This document shows positions 10,574 through 19,559 of a stretch of 64,000 nt of DNA, in pieces. The stretch's first letter is position 1, and every line of letters starts with the position of its first letter. Both the position numbers and the translations under genes were made by a program. This DNA is from Alphaproteobacteria bacterium (lineage in GTDB: Bacteria; Pseudomonadota; Alphaproteobacteria; Micavibrionales; Micavibrionaceae). The notes under the pieces were generated by a model. It saw only the letters and a program-made list of their open reading frames with translations, was not told where the DNA came from and did no database searches. The stretch lies in contig JAJFGV010000008.1 of assembly GCA_021775965.1 (NCBI GenBank), forward strand, positions 4,662-68,661, written 5' to 3'.

Positions 10574-10835
10574 TTCATATCCAATACGTTGTTATTCCAA
10601 AAACATTAGTGAAATATTGTTTTAATCCAAAGGTCTGTAAAGACCGTCTATGTCGCGGCGCATCACAAAAACTTCGCCCAAAAGTTGCAGAGCGTTTCGA
10701 ATTTATGGCACGCTGTATCTACTACTAAATAAAGAGTTCCTGAGTGGCAAGAGCGGAAGTTTACTTTCGTTCCTGCCTGAAGAGATACTTATAAAAAATG
10801 AGGCCTGATCAGGGCACTTTAAGGGGAGAAGACCG

Positions 10836-11162
10836 ATGAGCGTTTCAGTTCATTACAGGATCAAGGAATTGATCGAGGAAACCAACGAGGCCTTTGATAT
10901 TTGCGCCTCCTATGAGCACGTTAATACCGATTATGCCGAGTTTGCGGCGATGTCTATATCGGATTTCAAGCGAGCACTGGACAAGCCTGATCTGACGGAC
11001 CGTCAATTGACGCAAATGTTACGAAAAGGTGGCAATAAATACAGAAAAAGCACGCCAAAGAACCATTGGGCGATGTTTTTGGCCGGTTATGTGACCAATC
11101 AGTCAAATGGCAATGATAAAGCGCTTAAAGTCAGGGATTCCTGGCTACAGGGAAATAAATAA
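10836..11162 (+). CDS. hypothetical protein
   Basis: 108-aa ORF with an upstream GGGGAGAAG Shine-Dalgarno-like sequence. No motif recognised. Confidence 0.4.
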   Translation: MSVSVHYRIKELIEETNEAFDICASYEHVNTDYAEFAAMSISDFKRALDKPDLTDRQLTQMLRKGGNKYRKSTPKNHWAMFLAGYVTNQSNGNDKALKVRDSWLQGNK

Positions 11163-11293
11163 AACCCTTGCTTTTATTGCTGTATTTCGTTAATAGTCCT
11201 CCCAACTTTGAAAAACCCTCGCCGACAGGCTTTGATTTTGTCGGCTTACACCGGGCCTAAAGGGCTTTGGTGGAAAAACCAGGAGGAGCTTAA

Positions 11294-11701
11294 ATGCCTT
11301 TTTACGAAACCGTCTTTATTGCACGGCAGGATCTGACCGAAAAACAGGTTCAGGAACTGACCAGCCTTTTTTCCAAGATCATCACCGATCTGGATGGAAA
11401 AATTCACAAGACAGAACAATGGGGTCTGCGCAACCTGGCGTACCGGATTAAAAAGAACCGGAAAGGCCATTATACGTTGATCGAAAGCGATACGCCGGCA
11501 CCGGCGATGATCGAGATGGAGCGTCAGATGCGTCTGCATGAAGATGTGCTGCGTTATCTCACGATCCGCGAAAAGGAACTGTCCAAGGGGCCGTCGATTA
11601 TGGTGGAGAAAAGCGGTGGTCGTGATTCTGATGAGCGCGATTCCAAGCCTGATTTCAAATCTAGAGACGAGAAAAAAGATACCAAAGAGGAGGCTGCATA
11701 A
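11294..11701 (+). CDS. rpsF: 30S ribosomal protein S6
   Basis: [14 protein letters not shown] start, GGAGG RBS, acidic C-terminal tail. Confidence 0.95.
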   Translation: MPFYETVFIARQDLTEKQVQELTSLFSKIITDLDGKIHKTEQWGLRNLAYRIKKNRKGHYTLIESDTPAPAMIEMERQMRLHEDVLRYLTIREKELSKGPSIMVEKSGGRDSDERDSKPDFKSRDEKKDTKEEAA

Positions 11702-11982
11702 TGAGCACCGAAGCAACAACAAAACGTCCGTTTTTTCGCCGCAAAAAAACCTGCCCGTTTACCGGGCCGAATGCGCCGGCGATTGACTGGAAAGATGCGC
11801 GCACATTGGGCCGTTATATTTCCGAGCGCGGCAAGATGGTTCCCAGCCGTATTACATCGGTTTCACAAAGCAAACAACGTGAGTTGGCCCGCGCCATTAA
11901 ACGCGCCCGTTTTATGGGGCTGCTGCATTATGTGCGCCATGACAACGACAATGGTGGACATGGTGGACATGGCGGACGCTAA
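11701..11982 (+). CDS. rpsR: 30S ribosomal protein S18
   Basis: ATAATG overlap with rps[11 protein letters not shown] and [22 protein letters not shown] motifs. Unusual GGHGGHGGR tail. Confidence 0.95.
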   Translation: MSTEATTKRPFFRRKKTCPFTGPNAPAIDWKDARTLGRYISERGKMVPSRITSVSQSKQRELARAIKRARFMGLLHYVRHDNDNGGHGGHGGR

Positions 11983-12003
11983 TATATAAAGAGGATTAAG
12001 ATT

Positions 12004-12798
12004 ATGGCACAGACACAGGTTATTTTACTCGAGCGTATCGAGAAGCTAGGCAAGATGGGTGACACCGTCACCGTTAAGCCGGGCTATGCACGCAATTATC
12101 TTTTGCCGGAGAAAAAAGCGCTGCGGGCGACCAAGGATAATGTTGCTTATTTCGAAGGTCAGCGTAAGAATCTGGAAGCAGAGAACGATAAGCTTAAGAA
12201 AGAAGCCGAAAAATTGGCCAAGAAGCTGGAGGGTCTCAAGATTCCTTTGATCCGTCAGGCTTCCGAAGCCGGGCAGCTTTTCGGCTCAGTCACATCACGC
12301 GATATCGCGACAGGGGCTGCGGAGCTTTCCAAGGAAACAATTACCCGCGAAATGGTTTATTTGAACCGCAATTTCAAATTAATCGGGTTGTTCCCTGTTG
12401 ATGTCGTTCTTCATCCGGAAGTAAAGGTTGAGGTGACAATTAACATCGCGCGCACAGAAGAAGAGGCCGAGACTCAGGCTAGGACCGGTAAAGCTTTGAT
12501 TGCTGATGGCGGCGCGGATGAGCGGGCTACGAAACAACAGGATGCTGAAAAAGAAGCCGCGTTAGAAGGGGTTCTGGAAGAAGGCGCTCTGGAAGCTGAA
12601 AAAGAAAAACAGGCGGACGCTGAAGAAGCGGCCAAAGTCAAAGAGCAGGCCGATAAGGAAAAGGCTGAAGCCAAAGCAGCTGAAGCGGCTGCCAAAGCCG
12701 CCGCTGCTGAAGAAGCTGGCGAATCTGCTGAAGAGCCTGCTGAAGAAGAGGCCGACAAAGACGCAGAGGCTAAAGACGCCGATAGCGATAAAGAGTAG
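12004..12798 (+). CDS. rplI: 50S ribosomal protein L9 with long acidic/Ala-rich C-terminal extension
   Basis: MAQTQVILLERIEKLGKMGDTVTVKPGYARNYLLP is the L9 N-domain. Roughly the last 110 aa are E/A/K/D low complexity. Confidence 0.9.
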   Translation: MAQTQVILLERIEKLGKMGDTVTVKPGYARNYLLPEKKALRATKDNVAYFEGQRKNLEAENDKLKKEAEKLAKKLEGLKIPLIRQASEAGQLFGSVTSRDIATGAAELSKETITREMVYLNRNFKLIGLFPVDVVLHPEVKVEVTINIARTEEEAETQARTGKALIADGGADERATKQQDAEKEAALEGVLEEGALEAEKEKQADAEEAAKVKEQADKEKAEAKAAEAAAKAAAAEEAGESAEEPAEEEADKDAEAKDADSDKE

Positions 12799-12829
12799 TC
12801 CCCGCTATTCACAGGGGTCAGAGATCAGA

Positions 12830-12867
12830 AACCTAGCGAGGGCTTATAAGCTCTGCTAGGTTTTTTT
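12830..12867 (+). terminator. rho-independent terminator after rplI
   Basis: AACCTAGC(GAG)...(CTC)TGCTAGG stem followed by TTTTTTT. The U-tract runs directly into the annotated dnaB ATG at 12868. Confidence 0.6.
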
Positions 12868-14367
12868 ATGGTTCAATACACCGCGTTAAAAGACAGGTCC
12901 GAGGCAGGGCAGGAACAGACGACCTCTCAGGAATCGACCGGGGCCGAATCGTCTTATCGTATGATGCCGCATAATCTTGAGGCTGAGCAGGGATTGCTGG
13001 GCGCTTTGTTGGTTGATAATCGTGCGTTCGAGAAAGTCGGTGATTTTCTGCGCGCCGGACATTTCTTTATGCCAGCCCACCAGCGCATTTATGAAGCAAT
13101 TTTAACGCATATTGATCGCGGGCAAAGCGCCTCACCGGTCACGCTCAAAAACTTTTTTGAAAAAGATGAAGACTTATCCGATGTTGGCGGTGCCGAATAT
13201 CTGGCTGATCTGGCGGGCTCGGTTGTCAGTGTCATTAATGCCGGAGATTATGGGCGCACGATTTATGACCTGCATTTACGCAGGGAGCTTATTACTCTGG
13301 GTGAAGAAATCGTCAATGAATCTTTTGATCATAATTTGGAGGCCGATGCCAAGGACACGATTGAGCAGGCCGAGTCTCGTTTGTTTACTTTGGCCGAAAG
13401 CGGCGAGGTTAAGGGCAGCTTTATCACCTTGCGCGATTCTGTTTTGACGGCGATTGAACATGCGGAGAAAGCTTTTAAAACCGATGGCCATGTGACCGGG
13501 GTGACAACGGGTCTGACCGATATGGATAAAAAGCTCGGCGGTTTGCAAAAATCTGATCTTCTTATCCTCGCTGGGCGTCCTTCGATGGGCAAGACGGCGC
13601 TGGCTACGAATATCGCTTTTAACGCCGCGAATAAATATGCAGAGAGTGGCGGCGAGGAGGGTGCGATTGTCGGGTTCTTCTCACTCGAGATGTCGGCGGA
13701 CCAGCTGGCGACACGGATATTGTCTGACGTGTCGGGTGTGTCGGGTGATGATATTCGTAAAGGAAATATCAAGCAGGATGATTTCCGCCGCTTTGTTGAG
13801 GCCAGCCAGAAACTTTCACAGATCCCGCTTTATATTGATGACACTCCGGCGCTGACGATCAGTGCCGTGCGCACGCGGGCACGGCGTTTGAAGCGGCAAT
13901 ATGGTCTCAGCATGCTGGTGGTTGATTATCTCCAGCTTTTGCGTGGGACCGGTTCAAAACGCGGACAAGAAAACCGTGTGCAGGAAGTATCGGAAATTAC
14001 GATGGGTCTGAAGGCGATTGCGAAAGAGCTTGAGATTCCTGTGTTGGCGCTGTCGCAGCTTTCGCGGCAGGTCGAGCAGCGCGAAGATAAAAAGCCGATG
14101 CTTTCTGACTTGCGTGAATCAGGTTCGATCGAGCAGGATTCTGATATTGTGATGTTTGTGTACCGCGAAGAATATTATCTCTCTCGTACCGAACCCGAAG
14201 CCGGCACCGAAAAACACATGAAATGGCAAGAGAGCATGGAAAAATCACATAATGTTGGTGAGTGTATTATTGCCAAGCAACGCCATGGCCCGATCGGCAC
14301 AGTGCGTCTGCACTTTAATCCGAATCTCACGCGCTTTTCAGATCTCGATCAGCTACACGAGGGTTAG
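12868..14367 (+). CDS. dnaB: replicative DNA helicase DnaB
   Basis: NLEAEQGLLGALL N-domain and GRPSMGKTA Walker A, 499 aa. The true start may be the internal MMPHN, because no RBS precedes 12868. Confidence 0.93.
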   Translation: MVQYTALKDRSEAGQEQTTSQESTGAESSYRMMPHNLEAEQGLLGALLVDNRAFEKVGDFLRAGHFFMPAHQRIYEAILTHIDRGQSASPVTLKNFFEKDEDLSDVGGAEYLADLAGSVVSVINAGDYGRTIYDLHLRRELITLGEEIVNESFDHNLEADAKDTIEQAESRLFTLAESGEVKGSFITLRDSVLTAIEHAEKAFKTDGHVTGVTTGLTDMDKKLGGLQKSDLLILAGRPSMGKTALATNIAFNAANKYAESGGEEGAIVGFFSLEMSADQLATRILSDVSGVSGDDIRKGNIKQDDFRRFVEASQKLSQIPLYIDDTPALTISAVRTRARRLKRQYGLSMLVVDYLQLLRGTGSKRGQENRVQEVSEITMGLKAIAKELEIPVLALSQLSRQVEQREDKKPMLSDLRESGSIEQDSDIVMFVYREEYYLSRTEPEAGTEKHMKWQESMEKSHNVGECIIAKQRHGPIGTVRLHFNPNLTRFSDLDQLHEG

Positions 14368-14368
14368 A

Positions 14369-17300
14369 TTAACCTATTCCTGAACCGGGATCGATTTTCG
14401 GCGCTGCACTCGTACTTGTGAGCACCAGTTCTTCCGGTTCAACTTTTGTTTGTTTGTGATCATGCTCATCTTTAAATGTTTTGGCCAATCCGGTTTTGTC
14501 TTCAACGGCGACGCCGATCTGTGCCAATAACGTTGACGCTTCTGGATTGCCTTTCAACTGATCGACATAGGAGGCCATGATCAGCTCTTTATTGCTGTCC
14601 ATGTCTGGCCTGTAGTCCTTGCTTAGTTCGGCTACAGCTTGCAGTCCGGCCCAATTTACGGCGGCTTCGTCGACAGTCTTTGCGTTTCCTATGCCTGTTA
14701 AAAAGCTTTGCTCTACACCCTTGTAATAATCTTCGTAGGGGTAGGTTCCGTCGCTGGAGCTATCAAACATTCCCTCTATATCGAGTTTAATTTGCACAAT
14801 GTTGTCTGGATTCTTAGACCAGGAAACGGCTGCGCCTTTGCTAAAGTCTTTTGGTTCAAGGGGGTTGCCGACTGAAAATGCAACGATGCCGTATGTCTCC
14901 GGTTGTTTGGCGGTGACCACTTTCTGCGGTTCTGTTATTTTTTTCGCCTCTTCCCTAATCAATTCGGCTGGTTTTGGTAAAACTTCTTTTTCCTTGCTTA
15001 CCAGTTTGGCAAGCTGAGCATCTTCTTCGAGTGTTTCGGCTTCTAATGCGAATTCTTTTTTCTCCAATGAAGCCACATATTGTGTCACCGGCGCCTCATC
15101 ATTCGTACCAACAAGAATTATATTTTCCTCATTAGTATCAATCGTAGGAGGTGTGCCGGTTTTGGTCTCAGCCGCAATTTCCTCTTCGATTTTTTGCGTG
15201 TTGGCTTGAACTATGGCTGCAACTGGTTCCAAGTCGATATTAACCTCAGGGCTCCCTATTTTATTAAAATCTTTCTGAACCCTTGGGGGCATGGCTGTGG
15301 CCACTAGTGGCTCCGTATGTTGGAGAGCACCGCCAAGAGTAGAGGTGTACAGAATGGGATCGGCAACGGATTGCTGACCGGTTAATATCTCTGTAGCGGT
15401 GGTGAATTCTTGTTTTATATAACCTGCGCCAAAATTGTTAAGAATCTCTGCCGGGGTGTTGCCTGCAAAGTTTTGGTAACCCCTGTTGTCCTTTCCGGCC
15501 ACTTTCGTGGGTTCGGGTGTGTTGAGATCTTCGGTTGTTTCTTTTACAAGCACAGCGGCGTCAGATCCTTCGTCCGTTGGATTTTCTTCTTTCTGTGCAA
15601 ACACTGTGCTCTCGAGCAGGCCTTCCTGCGTTTCGGCAGCCGCAAAATCGGAAAAGTTGCCGCCCTCGATTTTGTTTAAAGCCAACAATACTGTAGAGCC
15701 CAACCCATTTAGTTTTTGTTTTGGTGATAAGTCATTGCCTTTAAGGCTTTCCATTGATTGGCTTAATGCCACGAAACTGGTGTCTTCCGGCGCGTTTTGA
15801 ATTGCCTCGTCAAGAGCCTGATGCATCTCTTCAGGTGTCGCTTTTGCAAGAGACCCCCTCGTTTTTAAAGTGCTGTCTTCAACAAATACGTCGAAATTTA
15901 ATTTTGGTTTTTCGGCCTCGGCAAACAAGATTTCTGTTTGTGTGTCACCTGGTTTGATCATTGCCAGTGCTGTGGCGTACATATTCTGGTTATCTGAGCG
16001 TTGTTTCTCCGGAGTTCCTCCAACCGCACTCTCTATGGATTTTGTAAGTTTTCCCAGATCGGTTGCGGCGGGAAGTTCCTTAAACAAGACCGCTAATTGC
16101 CGATCAATTTCATTCGGATCGGCATTGTTGAGGGAACCTTTAACGCGCAATGCACTGTCTTCGTTGACGAAGAGTTTAAATTTTGTGTTTGTCTTTTCCG
16201 CGTCGTTTTTTACGATCTCAGTTTTGGGTTCAACGGCCTTTGGCTCAACGAACACAGGTCCAGCAAACTCTCTAAGCCATTTCCAGGTCCCTGAGAAAGG
16301 TTGGAATATTTCTTCTTTTTTAGGTTTTGTTGCTGTTGGTTTTTCTTCCTCAGCCATTGGTTCCACTCCCTTTAATGTTTCTGTTTCTTGTTCTAAATTT
16401 TTTGTTGTAAATTCCCCTGTCGGTGGTTTGTCTGCTCCATACGCGGTACCTGATCCGCCTAAAGGTGCAAAAACTGTCTCCAGGGTGGTTCTCACGGTAT
16501 CTTCTGCGTCAGAGCTTGGGTTTGTCTGGTTTGCGGCTTCTTCAGGTTTTTCCATTAACCCTGCCGTCTGTAATCTTTGATCAAGATCAGGAATAATTTT
16601 TTCGATATATTTAAGAGTTCTTTGGTCCCAAAGATTATGTTGGTCGTACATTTTTCTGTCGGAACCTCTAACCTCGGGCCAGTCTTTTGGATCAATCCCC
16701 TTATTCAATTCATTGTTGCGCCACTCACTGCGTTCTTTCATGAATTTAACCCATTCGAGACCGGTGATATTGTCTTTGCCAAGTTCATCTTTCACGTCGT
16801 TGATAGCGCCCTGTCCGGCGTTATAACGGACGAGTTTTAAAATCGGATCATTGTTGTTGGCTTCAAGGGCCTTAACGCTAAATTTTATATAGGCTTGGCG
16901 GGCTTGGACCGGATCGTTTAGCTCTGCAACAGAGTTCAGCCCATATTCTTTTTCCTTTGCCGTTTCCAGTGTAAATTGGTACATGCCGTAAGAATTTTTC
17001 TTCGGATCATTCTCAAAGATGTTGGCGGCTGTCGGATTAAATGTAGATTCCTTAAAAACCTGATTGGATGATATGGCGATATCTATCTGAGTTGCACCCG
17101 GATTGCTGTTATGGTCGGCAAGCGCTTCTATATGATCACGGGCATATTCGTTAATTTTCTTGTCATTGACCATGGCTTCGAGCAGATCGGTGCGCAGGCC
17201 TAGAGCGTTGACGCCAAATTCGTCCTGTAACACAAGACCCATGGCCGTGCGTTTTGTTTGCGGACCGATAATGACTTTACCGTCTTTGTCGACATCGATG

Positions 17301-17422
17301 TCAAAGCCAAGGCCCTGTGTATCTTTTTGGAATTTTTGGATGACATCGTCACTTAAAGAATCTCCATTGAGAATCTTCTCAGCTGTTGTCAATAATTCTA
17401 TAGGAATAGCGATAGCCGCCAT
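14369..17422 (-). CDS. large (1017 aa) protein with N-proximal SLT-type lytic transglycosylase domain, acidic low-complexity body and internal repeat
   Basis: aa ~105-215 carry FKESTFNP (catalytic Glu-Ser), YGMYQF and RYNAGQG, the order seen in soluble lytic transglycosylase domains. The N-terminus MAAIAIPIELLTTAEK is not a signal peptide. Confidence 0.8.
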   Translation of the reverse strand: MAAIAIPIELLTTAEKILNGDSLSDDVIQKFQKDTQGLGFDIDVDKDGKVIIGPQTKRTAMGLVLQDEFGVNALGLRTDLLEAMVNDKKINEYARDHIEALADHNSNPGATQIDIAISSNQVFKESTFNPTAANIFENDPKKNSYGMYQFTLETAKEKEYGLNSVAELNDPVQARQAYIKFSVKALEANNNDPILKLVRYNAGQGAINDVKDELGKDNITGLEWVKFMKERSEWRNNELNKGIDPKDWPEVRGSDRKMYDQHNLWDQRTLKYIEKIIPDLDQRLQTAGLMEKPEEAANQTNPSSDAEDTVRTTLETVFAPLGGSGTAYGADKPPTGEFTTKNLEQETETLKGVEPMAEEEKPTATKPKKEEIFQPFSGTWKWLREFAGPVFVEPKAVEPKTEIVKNDAEKTNTKFKLFVNEDSALRVKGSLNNADPNEIDRQLAVLFKELPAATDLGKLTKSIESAVGGTPEKQRSDNQNMYATALAMIKPGDTQTEILFAEAEKPKLNFDVFVEDSTLKTRGSLAKATPEEMHQALDEAIQNAPEDTSFVALSQSMESLKGNDLSPKQKLNGLGSTVLLALNKIEGGNFSDFAAAETQEGLLESTVFAQKEENPTDEGSDAAVLVKETTEDLNTPEPTKVAGKDNRGYQNFAGNTPAEILNNFGAGYIKQEFTTATEILTGQQSVADPILYTSTLGGALQHTEPLVATAMPPRVQKDFNKIGSPEVNIDLEPVAAIVQANTQKIEEEIAAETKTGTPPTIDTNEENIILVGTNDEAPVTQYVASLEKKEFALEAETLEEDAQLAKLVSKEKEVLPKPAELIREEAKKITEPQKVVTAKQPETYGIVAFSVGNPLEPKDFSKGAAVSWSKNPDNIVQIKLDIEGMFDSSSDGTYPYEDYYKGVEQSFLTGIGNAKTVDEAAVNWAGLQAVAELSKDYRPDMDSNKELIMASYVDQLKGNPEASTLLAQIGVAVEDKTGLAKTFKDEHDHKQTKVEPEELVLTSTSAAPKIDPGSGIG
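15623..16189 (-). repeat. two tandem ~95-aa protein repeats inside the 1017-aa ORF
   Basis: KFKLFVNEDSALRVKGSLNNADPNEIDRQL...KSIESAVGG aligns by eye with KLNFDVFVEDSTLKTRGSLAKATPEEMHQAL...QSMESLKGN. Confidence 0.6.
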
Positions 17423-17605
17423 TGTCTACACCCTTTTTCTCTATTTTTTCGGCCCTCATCTTTTTAATTTGTGAGGTGCCGATTATTACACTACCGTTTA
17501 AAAGTGCTATTTTTTTATTTATTATTCGTTACTTTGGATTATACAGGAAAACGGCGAGTCATTGCAAAATTAATATGCTAAATACACCCTAACCAATTGG
17601 TTTTA

Positions 17606-18721
17606 ATGGATAAATACCCCTCTACACTCGTGATTGACCTGGACAAAATCAGGCAAAATTACCGTATTTTTTGTGATTTGGCGGGGCCGGATTGCGCCGT
17701 TTCTGCGGTGGTTAAAGCCGATAGTTACGGGCTGGGTGCTGCGCCCGTTGCTGCCTCTTTATATGAGGAAGGGTGCCGCGAATTCTTTGTTGCAACGCCC
17801 GAAGAAGGCGCGGAACTAAGAGAAGTCGTGAGCGATTCCAGAGTTTTCGTTTTGAATGGCTATTATAAAGGGTATGAGGCTGATTATTCTCACTATGATT
17901 TGATTCCGGTTTTAAACTCCTTGGAAGAAATCGAGCGTTATAAGAGTGGGCCTTGTGTTGTTCATTTTAATACCGGCATGAACCGTTTGGGTTTGAGCGC
18001 TGGTGAGACGCAAAAATTGCTCGATGATAAATCGCTTTTGGATGGGCGGGATGTGCAATATGTGATGAGCCATTTTGCCTGCGCCGACGAAGCGGACAAT
18101 TCGATGAACCAGGAACAATTTGAAAAGTTTTTTGAAATTGCCAGTCATTTCCCAAGCGCAAAGAAATCCATGGCCAATTCGTCGGGTAGCTTCAGAAGTT
18201 CCGATTATCATTTCGACATGATCCGCCCCGGTATGGGGATTTACGGTTTGAACCCGGTGCCGGAACAAGAAAATCCAATGTGTGATGTTGTCGGTTTGAA
18301 TGCACAAATTCTTCAGATCCGTGACGCGAAGAAGGGCGAGAGCGTTGGCTATGGTGCTGCTTATACATTGGAGAAAGATTCAAATCTGGCTACAGTTTCA
18401 CTTGGTTACGCCGATGGTATTTTGTGGAGCCTTGGCAATCAGGGGCAGTTGTTTTGGCAGGGGCAGGCGCTGCCGATACGGGGACGGGTGTCGATGGATT
18501 TGTTGAGTGTTGATTTAAGTGAAGTGGCTGAAAATAATTTGCCGGTGATAGGTGATGAACTGGAAGTGATTGGTCCGCATCAAAGCGCTGATGATCTTGC
18601 CAAAGCCGCCGGGACGATTGGCTATGAAATTTTAACGGCGCTGGGTTTGCGTTACGAGCGCATCTATCGCTATCAGGCCGAGGTTAAAACTTTGGCCAGC
18701 GCTTCATCAATGTCGTCGTAA
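17606..18721 (+). CDS. alr: alanine racemase
   Basis: AVVKADSYGLG PLP-lysine motif, 371 aa from the ATG at 17606. The ORF-track start at 17597 is a TTG. Confidence 0.9.
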   Translation: MDKYPSTLVIDLDKIRQNYRIFCDLAGPDCAVSAVVKADSYGLGAAPVAASLYEEGCREFFVATPEEGAELREVVSDSRVFVLNGYYKGYEADYSHYDLIPVLNSLEEIERYKSGPCVVHFNTGMNRLGLSAGETQKLLDDKSLLDGRDVQYVMSHFACADEADNSMNQEQFEKFFEIASHFPSAKKSMANSSGSFRSSDYHFDMIRPGMGIYGLNPVPEQENPMCDVVGLNAQILQIRDAKKGESVGYGAAYTLEKDSNLATVSLGYADGILWSLGNQGQLFWQGQALPIRGRVSMDLLSVDLSEVAENNLPVIGDELEVIGPHQSADDLAKAAGTIGYEILTALGLRYERIYRYQAEVKTLASASSMSS

Positions 18722-19464
18722 ATTTTTTCTTTGAGAGATTCAAAATGTGCATCGGGAAAATCTTCCGGCTCGGCAATGTTCATATAGTCGTCTGTCATGC
18801 GCATTTGAACGGGCAATTCTTCATCTGATAGTGGCGCGTAACCCTGGTATATTTTTTGCGGCAGGCGAAAGTCCCACCATTCTTGCGGGAGCGGTAAGAG
18901 TGGAGTTTTGAGACTGTTTGCTGATGTCTTCATTGCGGATTCCAGTTTTTTTCGGTTGTCTTTTATCTCGTCGCTTAAATCCGCATAGTCACGATGGGCT
19001 GCATTAAATTCTGCGCCCGGACGGGCTGCGAGATAATCAAATTCTGTACCCATCTCGACCAATTTGCCGTCCATGGTCTCCAGCGACAGATCAATGGCCA
19101 TGCCGCGTGGATGCCCACCACCGCCGGGCGGGGACAACAATCTGTTTGGTTCTTCCAGCCAATTCGGATTTTTCTCAACAATTGGTGATTTTCTCATACG
19201 TTTTTGGGCCTGAGTGGTGCGCAGGCCGTCATAAAGCACGAATTGCAGCCTGTGATCCTTGAAACAGGCGGCTGAGGCCAGCAGGACGATTTTGGCCAGA
19301 TGCTTATGCAGCCAGAGCCGCGCGCCTTTGCGATATATAACGCCGAATATGTTGTCAGGTGCCGGTTTACGGTAGGCTAGATCAATCCGCAGTGGAAAAT
19401 CTTCTATAAAAATGTCCATCGGGACGAGATTTTCGGGTGTTATCTTCTTCATGACATAATGCAT
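18673..19464 (-). CDS. VanX/DdpX-family D-Ala-D-Ala dipeptidase-like protein (M15D) with C-terminal extension
   Basis: GGGHPRGMAIDLSL matches the SxHxxGxAxD zinc motif. QEWWDF lies where VanX has EWWH. The 3' end overlaps the alr 3' end by 49 bp. Confidence 0.75.
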   Translation of the reverse strand: MHYVMKKITPENLVPMDIFIEDFPLRIDLAYRKPAPDNIFGVIYRKGARLWLHKHLAKIVLLASAACFKDHRLQFVLYDGLRTTQAQKRMRKSPIVEKNPNWLEEPNRLLSPPGGGGHPRGMAIDLSLETMDGKLVEMGTEFDYLAARPGAEFNAAHRDYADLSDEIKDNRKKLESAMKTSANSLKTPLLPLPQEWWDFRLPQKIYQGYAPLSDEELPVQMRMTDDYMNIAEPEDFPDAHFESLKEKIYDDIDEALAKVLTSA

Positions 19465-19559
19465 AGCATGGGTTCAAAGTTGATGCTAGACGCGTACGCC
19501 TATTTCCTTTAATCTCAGCGGAAATCCTGGCTCCGAAATAACAATAAAAAAGACATAAT

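Noticed and set aside
10706-10721. TGGCACG sequence resembling a sigma-54 -24 element upstream of the 10836 ORF.
   Set aside because: The required -12 TTGC element is absent at the correct spacing, where the sequence reads ATCT.
11163-11293. Possible S6:S18-binding rpsF leader structure (hairpin GCCGACA...TGTCGGC at ~11221-11245).
   Set aside because: Only one simple 7-bp hairpin is visible. I cannot match it to the known leader motif by eye.
11246-11722. 158-aa minus-strand ORF.
   Set aside because: It lies entirely antisense to rpsF, which has an unmistakable S6 sequence and an RBS.
12474-12812. 112-aa Ser/Ala-rich minus-strand ORF.
   Set aside because: It is a mirror-frame artefact of the GAA/GCN-rich low-complexity tail of rplI.
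12868-12960. dnaB N-terminal 31 codons as a possible mis-annotation, since the terminator U-tract abuts the ATG and no RBS is present.
   Set aside because: The alternative start (MMPHN at ~12961) also lacks an RBS. I cannot decide from the sequence, so I kept the ORF-track coordinates with a note.
15870-16580. 236-aa plus-strand ORF, with several other 60-100-aa ORFs, inside the 1017-aa SLT-protein gene.
   Set aside because: It is antisense to a much longer ORF that has real SLT motifs. Its Ser/Phe/Val-rich composition mirrors the acidic, Lys/Glu-rich sense frame.
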